From assembly GCA_963700055.1 (NCBI GenBank), contig CAVOWH010000004.1, forward strand, positions 369,468 to 433,467: a stretch of 64,000 nt of DNA, in the 5' to 3' direction. A program made the translations under genes and the position numbers. Source of the stretch: an uncultured delta proteobacterium. Lineage in GTDB: Bacteria; Desulfobacterota; Desulfobacteria; Desulfobacterales; SpSt-501. A model generated the notes under the pieces. It did no database searches. It worked only from the letters and a program-made list of their open reading frames with translations, and was not told the origin of the DNA. Positions 55,907 through 64,000 of the stretch are shown here, one piece after another. Each line of letters starts with the position of its first letter. The first letter of the stretch is position 1.

Positions 55907-56115
55907 TATTAGTCAGGTAGCGATGGTTCGGGGTTCAGGAGAGAAGCAGCTGTCTGAATCCGATCCCCGCCTTCCTCAGATGCGATTGGGTAACGGTATT
56001 CTGCCCCCTCACCCCGTTGTATGTGTCTCCTCTCTTGCGGATAGACTAAATCCCACTGCGAGTGTATTAACGTGCATCAGAAAATACTCGCTTGTATTTT
56101 CCGATGGACCTCAAA

Positions 56116-57255
56116 ATGCCCAACTACCTTCCCAGATACATCGAAGAACCGGTTCGCAACGACCTCAACCGCAAGATGGTTTTCATTGCAGGCCCCCGGC
56201 AGTCAGGAAAAACCACGCTCGCCAAATACCTTTGCCGGCAGCGGGGCTTTGATGTCGACAAGTGGTATTTCAACTGGGATGCGTCCGAAGATCGCGAGAA
56301 CATCATGCGGGAGAGATTCCCGGGAGGCACCGGTCTTCTGGTCTTAGATGAGATACACAAATATTCACGCTGGCGCCAGGTCGTCAAGGGCCTTTTCGAC
56401 AAACGCAAAGACAACCTGCAGATCCTGTTCACCGGCAGCGCACGCTTGGATTATTATCGCCGCGGCGGAGATTCGTTACAGGGGCGGTATCATTTCTACC
56501 GCCTGCTTCCCCTTTCGTGCGCCGAGCTTTCAGCTCCTACTATTTCCACCCTCCAGGACTTGCTGGTCTACGGCGGATTCCCTGAGTCTTTCTCACTGCA
56601 GTCCGAGAAAGAAAGCCGGCGATGGAGTCGAGAGTATCGCTCCCGGGTTGTTCTAGGCGATCTTAAGGACCTCGAAAACGTGCAGGATGTGGGAATCATC
56701 GAAAAAATGGCCATGCGTCTGCCGGATTTGGTCGGCTTCCCGCTGTCCTTGAATGCGCTGGGCGAAGATTTGCAGGTTTCGCACCAGTCCATCTCGCGCT
56801 GGATCAGCATACTGGAAAATCTCTACATGATCTTTCGAATCTACCCCTTTGGCGCCCCTTCGATACGTGCCGTCAAGAAGGAGGCCAAACATTATCACAT
56901 GGATTGGACGGTAGTTGATGACATGGCGGCGCGTTTTGAGAACCTTGTCGCCTGCCACTTACTGAAATGGGTATTTTATCAGCAGGATGTCGAGGGAAGA
57001 GACGCCGAGCTTCGCTATTTTAGGGACGTCGACAAGAGGGAAGTCGATTTCGTTCTCATGGACGGCAAAAACCCGCTGCACTTCATCGAATGCAAGACCT
57101 CATCCCGAGAAATCAGCCAGGCCCTGCGCTATCTAAAAATTCGCTTTCCGGATGTTAAGGCCACCCAGGTTGTTATGGATAAAAATATTGCTCTAGTGAC
57201 AAAGGATGATATCCGGCTCTGCGCGGCCCAGTTGTTTCTGAAGGATTTGGTTTAG
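56116..57255 (+). CDS. AAA+ ATPase with C-terminal DUF4143-type domain
   Basis: Walker A GPRQSGKTT and Walker B LLVLDEIH. The C-terminal EVDFVL... restriction-endonuclease-like tail is typical of the AAA_14/DUF4143 family. Confidence 0.8.
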   Translation: MPNYLPRYIEEPVRNDLNRKMVFIAGPRQSGKTTLAKYLCRQRGFDVDKWYFNWDASEDRENIMRERFPGGTGLLVLDEIHKYSRWRQVVKGLFDKRKDNLQILFTGSARLDYYRRGGDSLQGRYHFYRLLPLSCAELSAPTISTLQDLLVYGGFPESFSLQSEKESRRWSREYRSRVVLGDLKDLENVQDVGIIEKMAMRLPDLVGFPLSLNALGEDLQVSHQSISRWISILENLYMIFRIYPFGAPSIRAVKKEAKHYHMDWTVVDDMAARFENLVACHLLKWVFYQQDVEGRDAELRYFRDVDKREVDFVLMDGKNPLHFIECKTSSREISQALRYLKIRFPDVKATQVVMDKNIALVTKDDIRLCAAQLFLKDLV

Positions 57256-57542
57256 TCCATCCTATTGTTGCAAATGAGGATGTGATGGCGTCCATCGCGG
57301 CAAAGATGCGCATCTCGATCGCGAGAAAAGGATTAGTCTTTGGGGGGGTATAAGCGGTTAATCGCAGGTTAGAAAAACTTCGATATGTTTCCTTTTGCTG
57401 TCAGTAACACAGGTATTACAAGGGTCAATTTTCCTGTGATATAACACCTTACGCTGCGGTTGAGGGGCGCGCGCGTAGACCCTCGCAAACGACAACGTCA
57501 ATCGCACACCGAGCATGCTTCCACGCGTCCCCTCGAACTGCT

Positions 57543-58676
57543 TGATACTGGTTATGGCCTTCCAATGGATGAAGGGTTAAGAATGTAGATGCCACTCTTC
57601 ATCCAACCCATTCACCCAAAGGAGGCCACGCCATGAGATTCTACAAACAGCAGCACCAATTTTACTGCGGCATCGATCTGCACGCACGCAAAATGTACGT
57701 CTGCATCATCGACCAAAAAGGCAAAACCCGACTGCATAAAAACATCCCCACCGAGGCCGAGGTTTTTTTTGAATTAATCTTCCCCTTCCTGGAAGACATC
57801 GTCATCGGTGTCGAATGCGTCTTTTGCTGGTACTGGATCGCCGATCTGTGCGCTCAGCACAGCGGTCCCTTCGTCCTGGGTCACGCGCTGTACATGAAGG
57901 CCATCCATGGCGGCAAAACCAAAAACGACAAAATCGACTCCTTCAAGATCGCCGCGCTGCTGCGAGGCGGCAACTTCCCGCTGGCCTATACCTATCCGGC
58001 CCCTATGCGCGCCACCCGGGACCTGCTGCGACGGCGCATGTATCTCTCGCGCCGCTGCGGGGAACTGGTGGCTCACATCCAGAATACCAACACCCAATAC
58101 AACCTGCCCGAGTTCGCCAAAAAAATCTCACGCAAATACAACCGCGAAGGGGTCGCCGAGCGCTTCGAGAATCCCGTCGTGCGCAAAAACGTCGAGGTGG
58201 ACTTGAGCATGATCGACGCCCTCAATCAAACCCTCCGGCAACTGGAATGGTACATCGAAAAGACCGCCCGGGAGCAAGATTACCAAACCCTATACCTGCT
58301 GCGCTCGATCCCCGGCGTGGGCCAGATCCTGGCGCTCGTGATCCTGTATGAAATCTGCGATATCAAGCGCTTTGCCACGGTCCAGGATTTCTCCTCTTAT
58401 GCCCGGCTGATCCGCCCCGTCAAAGAATCCGACGGCAAATGGGCCGGAAAGGGCAACAAAAAGATCGGCAACCACCACCTCAAATGGGCGATCAACGAAG
58501 CGGTCATCCTGATGCTCCGAGAATCCGACCAGGCCAAGCACTTCGTCGAGCGGCTGACCAAAAAGCACAACAAAGGCAAGGCGCTGGGCATTTTGACCCA
58601 CAAACTCGGCCGAGCCATATTCTTTATGCTCAAAAACAACGAGGCTTTCAATATGAACCGATTCTTCAGTTCCTGA
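57543..58676 (+). mobile_element. IS110-family insertion sequence (left end defined by the repeat, right end not determined)
   Basis: The left boundary is inferred from where identity with the second copy (62099) starts. A sub-terminal hairpin GGATGAAG...CTTCATCC is present. The element probably extends some tens of nt past 58676. Confidence 0.7.
57633..58676 (+). CDS. IS110-family (DEDD) transposase
   Basis: 347 aa. GIDLHARKMYVCIID (first Asp) and C-terminal LRSIPGVGQILALVILYEICDIKRF (Transposase_20 HhH). Confidence 0.9.
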   Translation: MRFYKQQHQFYCGIDLHARKMYVCIIDQKGKTRLHKNIPTEAEVFFELIFPFLEDIVIGVECVFCWYWIADLCAQHSGPFVLGHALYMKAIHGGKTKNDKIDSFKIAALLRGGNFPLAYTYPAPMRATRDLLRRRMYLSRRCGELVAHIQNTNTQYNLPEFAKKISRKYNREGVAERFENPVVRKNVEVDLSMIDALNQTLRQLEWYIEKTAREQDYQTLYLLRSIPGVGQILALVILYEICDIKRFATVQDFSSYARLIRPVKESDGKWAGKGNKKIGNHHLKWAINEAVILMLRESDQAKHFVERLTKKHNKGKALGILTHKLGRAIFFMLKNNEAFNMNRFFSS

Positions 58677-59428
58677 CCGCTTTGGGCTGGAGGGCGATAG
58701 CCCGCTGCCTAACTGAGATCAACCGGGCGGATCTGATCCTCTCGATACGTGCCATGTAGCCTGACTACCGAAAACGAGAGTGGACCTCATGCCCGAAGCT
58801 CGTTGCGCTTGATTGGCGCTACCCTCCAGGCCCATACCCTGTAAAGAAGGTTCTTTGCCATGCGACCGACGTGCTCTGCCCCTTGCCCGAACGACGCCCT
58901 AACTGGATGCCCGCCTACGGCGGACAAGCCAACCCGCTTTGAATGCGCCGGGATAAGGGAACCGACCAGATTCTAGTGCCGACCCAAGTCGGCAAGCCGT
59001 TTGCCCGTGCTCCTGCCGGATAAACGGTCAGGCTCGGTAGATGTTTGGTGCAGACGCGTTATGCGCTGACTCTCCAGGTCGAAAACGAAAGACAGACCCA
59101 CAAAGTCGCCTGTCAAAGTACCGGCTAAAAAGACGGAATGATAGAAGACTTCAAATTCCGATCTGAAGGAGAAGTTTTTACTTGACAAGCGAAGGCCATA
59201 TAGATGTTTGGCCGGGATGACAGCCACACGAGCGCTACCCTTTGCGCACCCACGGCCCCAACCACGCAACGCGAACGATGGCAAACCCTAGCACGGCGAG
59301 CTTCAACAGGCCACCCGAGGACGCGAGCGCCGCGCCCCGATCCTCGGCCAAGACTCGCAGCGTGGGCTACGTGTCAAGAGGAACTCAAATTTCTCCAGTT
59401 ATGGGAATCGAAATTTTCCCCACCCGGT

Positions 59429-59590
59429 TCAAGATTCAGTCGTTTCTGCAGCGCGCACCAGACCGGCTTCCAGTTTCTCTTTCAGCCGGTAGGAATTGCC
59501 GCGGATGTTTAGTGTCACGGCGTGATGCAGTAGCCGGTCCAAGATCGCGGTGGCGATCACACCTATAATGTTCAACAACTCAAACGCGTC
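59429..59590 (-). pseudogene. C-terminal remnant of an IS21-family IstB helper ATPase
   Basis: ..IATAILDRLLHHAVTLNIRGNSYRLKEKLEAG matches the IstB C-terminal signature. Nothing upstream of it is IstB-like. Confidence 0.6.
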
Positions 59591-59688
59591 GCCCCGATCG
59601 ACGTTGGGACATTGCTGATGAAGAGTCACAACGAAACGGAATGTGATAATCAAAGATTTGACCCCGCACCCACTTCTCCCTGCGAGAC

Positions 59689-61434
59689 CTACGGTGGTGG
59701 TGCCGGGATAAGCTGTGAAGGAGACGCTGCGGCGCCGGAGAGCGCGGCGATGACCCGCTCGCACACGTCTCCGGCGCGGGGTTCATCCGATACGAACAGG
59801 AGGTCCGTGCCCCCTTGGCTCTCTCCGACGGAAGCCGGTGGGGTTGCCCGGGCCCAGGACTCTTCGACAAAGCCTCGATCTGTAACCTTGTCGACGAGGA
59901 AGGCGACTCGACAGGGCGCCGTCGACTGGGCCAGGCGTTGAATCTCGAACACACAGCCGGCCCGGTGCCGGTTGAAGCTCCGCAGGTCCATGAGGACACA
60001 ATCGGAGCTCTTCAACAGGCGATCGACGGCGTACTGCCAGACAGCGTCGACGCAGTACATGTCGTTGACACGGAAACACCCGTCGGGATCGCGCTGGTAG
60101 TCGAGAGCTCCGATCCGCGCATCGACGTCGGCTTGACTATGAACGAAGTAGCGACCGGCGCGACCCCTGAGGAAGTCGAGCAACTCATGGGGTTCCAGGG
60201 TCGAGAGGGCGAGGTCGGCGCCGCCAATGAGTTGGACGCTTCCAATACCTCGCCAAAGAGTCTCGAATTCCTGAACGAACCGGTCACTTCGCCCGCCGAG
60301 GGTGAAGGATCGCAGGAGTAGCATACGAACTCCCGGCTGCTCGTCCCGACGCAGTCGCCTCCATCCAAGTCTCACGACAATTCCAAACACCGCTACGGAT
60401 ACCAAGTTCGTCACCACGCTGAGTGGCCACGAGTCTGGATTGCTGCTGGCCATCGCAACGACTAACCAACTCGATAGGATCACAAGCCACTGCGCGCTCG
60501 TGCGCTTTCGGCCGTAGTTCCTTGCCACCACAAAGAGCACGAGGCCACCCAGCACCAGCGAGACCAGCAGGCCCACGACAGACAAGGCAGCGATCGTTCC
60601 GAGCGTTGCGACGATGTGATCCATGAAGAACGAACTGAGTTCCGCCAAGGGTTCGAGAAATGAGGTGGCCGAAGTGAGCACCTCCCGAAGATGAGGGGTT
60701 CGGGGGTCGGCAAAGATGTCCGAGAGGATCGACTGGCGGTATAGGTAGATCGTCGTCAAGATGGCCGCGAACGTGCCCAGGCTGACCACACCGAAGAACG
60801 CTAAGGCCATCGATGCCATGGCCCGGAGGCGGGGATGCAACAGAAGAGCGAGAACGATAACAATTTGCGTCAGAAACGCCAGGGGATCACCGTGGTCATC
60901 CGAAAAAAGGAAGAGCGCGAAAATCAGCAACCCGACGAGCCAGGGCCCCGGCCTCCAGCGCCCGTACAACAAAAGCAGGTTCAGCCCCACGGGTGCACCG
61001 CAGAGTACTGCCGCGTGCCAGAACCGGAGGTCCGACGGCCAGCCGTGACCGGCGGCGAAGGCAAGCGCAAGCCCCAGGCCTGCGAACGAGTATAGCCGCG
61101 CCAGATTCCTGCGGTGCCGACGCGCCTCTGCGCCGAGATCATGCCGGAGCTCGCGTCTGACGCCGATCGTTTCTTGTGCAGGGCCCACGGAGGACTCAAC
61201 CGTTAACCGCGCGCCTCCGTGTGGTGCTGGAGACTCGGTATCACGTGCGGCAGCATCCGTGGCTGCAGGCGAGATCGCACTGGTCTCCAGAGAGCGAACG
61301 ATCCGCCGCCGGTACACCCAGAGCGTGACAACCGAAACAGGCACAACGACGAGGCCTGTGACGTACAAGAGCTGTAGCGTGACGAACGCGCTGAACACCT
61401 CGACCAGCAGGTCAACCCACTCGCCGTCCGTCAT
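59689..61434 (-). CDS. large polytopic membrane protein (~10 TM) with a ~230-aa cytoplasmic C-terminal domain of unknown function
   Basis: 581 aa from MTDGEW. The C-terminal domain begins MLLLRSFTLGGRSDRF. The gene is visibly more GC-rich than its flanks. No family recognised. Confidence 0.6.
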   Translation of the reverse strand: MTDGEWVDLLVEVFSAFVTLQLLYVTGLVVVPVSVVTLWVYRRRIVRSLETSAISPAATDAAARDTESPAPHGGARLTVESSVGPAQETIGVRRELRHDLGAEARRHRRNLARLYSFAGLGLALAFAAGHGWPSDLRFWHAAVLCGAPVGLNLLLLYGRWRPGPWLVGLLIFALFLFSDDHGDPLAFLTQIVIVLALLLHPRLRAMASMALAFFGVVSLGTFAAILTTIYLYRQSILSDIFADPRTPHLREVLTSATSFLEPLAELSSFFMDHIVATLGTIAALSVVGLLVSLVLGGLVLFVVARNYGRKRTSAQWLVILSSWLVVAMASSNPDSWPLSVVTNLVSVAVFGIVVRLGWRRLRRDEQPGVRMLLLRSFTLGGRSDRFVQEFETLWRGIGSVQLIGGADLALSTLEPHELLDFLRGRAGRYFVHSQADVDARIGALDYQRDPDGCFRVNDMYCVDAVWQYAVDRLLKSSDCVLMDLRSFNRHRAGCVFEIQRLAQSTAPCRVAFLVDKVTDRGFVEESWARATPPASVGESQGGTDLLFVSDEPRAGDVCERVIAALSGAAASPSQLIPAPPP

Positions 61435-61708
61435 GACCGGTCCCCTACTCTCGCGACACTTTGACGCGGAAGGAATGCCTCGCCGCATTCATCAGCAAAA
61501 GCAGCGCGCGACGCTCAATTCCTGTGTATCCATAGCTGAACCACGATTGTATTCGTGCCTTATAACGAGTCTGTAGAAAAACCCGCTTATAGGTTTCTCT
61601 TTGCTGCTCGCGATTGAGATGCAAGTTGGCGCGTTCAGCTATGGTGTTGGTTGGTTGTTGCGCTCACGGTTGCTTCATTCATTATTGGCAGGTCTTGCTG
61701 GCGCCTCG

Positions 61709-61993
61709 TCATCCGCATCCGAATCCATAGCGATGGATCTTGGCCAAGTTATGGACGATGCAATAGAGCTTCCACTGAATGTCGGTCTTGACGCGTTCGC
61801 GCAAGCTGAAGCGATTAAGCCTGAGAACACTGCAGATATGCGTGAACACCGGTTCGACGATGCCTATCCTACGGATGTATTGCGCGCGTCCCTCGGGCGT
61901 ATCGATTTTCTTTTTCATCTTCTCGGTGTAGGTTTCTTGGGCACTCGGCGCCCTACCCTTGAAGATCGCGGGCCAACGGGGGCCGAACGCCAA
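61709..61993 (-). pseudogene. C-terminal fragment of an IS5/IS1182-type DDE transposase
   Basis: TPEGRAQYIRRIGIVEPVFTHI....LNRFSLRERVKTDIQWKLYCIVHNLAKI follows the C-terminal pattern of the DDE_Tnp_1 families. Confidence 0.55.
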
Positions 61994-62098
61994 GGCTAAG
62001 CTGCCCGGCCTCCCACTGCGGTGGGGGCGGAGATGACTCTGAAAGAGTCTACCGCAGTTTCCAAAAAGAACGCGCAGGCCGCGTCAGCTTGAGCCGCA

Positions 62099-62315
62099 TG
62101 ATACTGGTTATGGCCTTCCAATGGATGAAGGGTTAAGAATGTAGATGCCACTCTTCATCCAACCCATTCACCCAAAGGAGGCCACGCCATGAGATTCTAC
62201 AAACAGCAGCACCAATTTTACTGCGGCATCGATCTGCACGCACGCAAAATGTACGTCTGCATCCTCGACCAAAAAGGCAAAACCAGGCTGCATAAAAATA
62301 TCCCCACCGAGGCCG
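62099..62315 (+). mobile_element. truncated second copy of the IS110-family element (left end plus the first 42 codons only)
   Basis: 217 bp matching 57543-57759 with about 4 mismatches by eye. Identity stops abruptly after CCCCACCGAGGCCG. Confidence 0.85.
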
Positions 62316-62355
62316 TCGCAGCTTCACTCCGGGCAGCTTTCCAACAATCTGGCCG

Positions 62356-62733
62356 CTATGGCGCTTTCTGCACTTTGATCCATTCAGCCGGTTTGCTCCG
62401 CGCATTGTCGACAAACTTTACTTCGATCGAGTCGCCGACTTTGCAATCGGCCAGTGCTCCCTGGGAATTGGGCAAGCCTGCTTTGCTCTTATCCAGGTAG
62501 ATCAGGGTGCTCGGCACCATCGCCACGGAATACGTCCCGGCGGTATCCGCCATCGTGATGGTGTTGTTCAGCGCATTGACCTGAACGATATTACCGATGA
62601 GGGTGTGTTTGCCGGACAAACCGGGAGATTGGCCTAAGGGAATGAATAATTCGGAGGTTTTTTGCGCGAAGCCTGAAGCCTGGGTTGCCAGCAGAATTGC
62701 TATAATGCCGATGATGGTCCAATTTTTTTTCAT
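62356..62733 (-). CDS. small secreted hypothetical protein
   Basis: 125 aa with signal peptide MKKNWTIIGIIAILLATQASGFA. Confidence 0.55.
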   Translation of the reverse strand: MKKNWTIIGIIAILLATQASGFAQKTSELFIPLGQSPGLSGKHTLIGNIVQVNALNNTITMADTAGTYSVAMVPSTLIYLDKSKAGLPNSQGALADCKVGDSIEVKFVDNARSKPAEWIKVQKAP

Positions 62734-62836
62734 AGTTCATCTCCTGCTTTCGGGCCGACTCAAACAAGGGTGCTCGCGTCCGATGCCCCCGGCGGAAAGG
62801 TTTCCATCCGATCCTCAGAACACAGCGTCACTAGGG

Positions 62837-64000
62837 TCAGGAGGTTGCGACTAATTCGGCCCGCGCCTTTTCCTGCTGCCTGATCGCTTCCTCGGCCTGC
62901 TTGCTCCGGAATAACACGCCGTGTTCGGCCTTTCGTATCTGCCGAAGGGCTTCCTCTAAATGCTGAACCGCCTGCGGATGGAGCCCCCCCCCGGACAGGA
63001 CCCGGATGCTGTCTTGCGTTTCCTGAGCCGCCTGTCCGACTAACCGCTTGATCTGCTCCTCGCTTCGGCTCGCCTTGTGCGCGACCGGCTCCAAGAGTTC
63101 GATGCTCTGCCGGATATTTTCCAGGGCATTGATCACCCGCAGGAAGGCCGCTATGGCCACGACCTGGGTGCCATCGATCTCGATGCCGCTGCCCGTGGCC
63201 TGCCGCAAGAGCTTTCCAGCCGGGGAGTTATTGAAGGATTCACCGTCATAGAAGGCAACCGCCCCCTCGATGGTTTCAATTGAATTGTTGTGGAAAAAGG
63301 GCCCCGAATCGGCAGACTCCACGAGAGACGGGGTATTGAAGGTGCCGTCGCCGGGCGTGCCGAAACCGTCATCGGGAGGGACTAACTCGTTGGTCAGGTC
63401 CTGGGGCTGGTCGGGGAGATCCTCAACTCCCGTGTTAAAGTTGAGATTACCGGCGTTGGGGCCGAAAGTGCCCGGGTCTGCATTGGCTCCCGCATTCGAG
63501 TGGCAGAAAAAGCACTTACCCTCCGTCGGGCTTAAGAACAGTTCCTGCCCGCGCTTGGCGACAGTGCCCTTCAAAGGCAGCGGCAATGCGAGTTCCTTTT
63601 GCCGGCCCAGAGAAAGCTGAAAGGCCTCCAGCGCATCGAGTTCTGCCGGCGTGGGAAGGCGGAAGTCGACGCCCGGAATGCGATTCAAGGTCTTGGTAAA
63701 GTGCTGAATCACGGCGCCGGTGGCAAAGGATCGGAGTGACCCATCGCCGGGGGCTCCGTCGCCTGACCAGCCGGTACGCGGGCCTTGGGCGCTGTTCACG
63801 GTGTTCCGGAGTCCGAGTGTGGGTGGGACCCCCCGCATGGTGAATTTATTCGCCAGGTCGCCAAAGCCATCCAGGTTTTCCTGGATCAAGCCGAATTCGC
63901 GCATCAACCGCGGATTTTCGAAATTCTTCTTCAAATGCGGATTGAATTCGGCCACGAACAACGGGTTGTCCTTCGGCAGAGAAGCGATGAAGGTCGGGTC
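62837..64000 (-). CDS. cytochrome c peroxidase / MauG-family haem protein (5' end outside the window)
   Basis: CFFCHSNAG haem motif, then FNTPSLVESADSGPFFHNNS..TIEGAV. The reading frame stays open to the window edge. Confidence 0.75.
   Translation of the reverse strand, partial: DPTFIASLPKDNPLFVAEFNPHLKKNFENPRLMREFGLIQENLDGFGDLANKFTMRGVPPTLGLRNTVNSAQGPRTGWSGDGAPGDGSLRSFATGAVIQHFTKTLNRIPGVDFRLPTPAELDALEAFQLSLGRQKELALPLPLKGTVAKRGQELFLSPTEGKCFFCHSNAGANADPGTFGPNAGNLNFNTGVEDLPDQPQDLTNELVPPDDGFGTPGDGTFNTPSLVESADSGPFFHNNSIETIEGAVAFYDGESFNNSPAGKLLRQATGSGIEIDGTQVVAIAAFLRVINALENIRQSIELLEPVAHKASRSEEQIKRLVGQAAQETQDSIRVLSGGGLHPQAVQHLEEALRQIRKAEHGVLFRSKQAEEAIRQQEKARAELVATS

Overview
GC-rich chromosomal segment. 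The gene content points to an anaerobic Desulfobacterota/deltaproteobacterial sulfate reducer or syntroph: desulfoferrodoxin, rubrerythrin, rubredoxins, a ROO-type flavodiiron protein, hcp with an frdX-like ferredoxin and a divergent CRP/FNR regulator, multihaem cytochromes and a DVU0298-like protein. Three kinds of region alternate. (1) Ordinary metabolism: 0.3-8 kb and 16.9-31 kb, including folA, a PLP decarboxylase, a CDF transporter and an octahaem cytochrome plus cytochrome b pair. (2) An almost unidirectional minus-strand block of about 19 kb (36-55 kb) for metal homeostasis and oxygen/nitrosative stress, running feoAB, ECF sigma/anti-sigma, copA, cysQ, copZ, then roo/rd/dfx/rbr/flavodoxins, then hcp. 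(3) Three accessory, decaying patches (8-16.5 kb, 31.3-34.6 kb, 57.5-62.3 kb) holding intact IS1380- and IS110-family elements, at least seven gene remnants, mazEF and a TIR-domain gene. The observations I rate highest are: an in-frame UGA with a SECIS-like hairpin inside the octahaem cytochrome (candidate selenoprotein); a TIR plus small multi-TM two-gene module that matches no defence architecture I know, bracketed by two diverged copies of a ~100-120 nt non-coding repeat; a rubrerythrin broken by a 7-bp tandem duplication plus an internal deletion; and IS110-bracketed cargo encoding a 581-aa polytopic protein with an unknown C-terminal domain. No rRNA, tRNA or CRISPR array was seen. All calls rest on reading the ORF translations and the DNA by eye. 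No database search was run.
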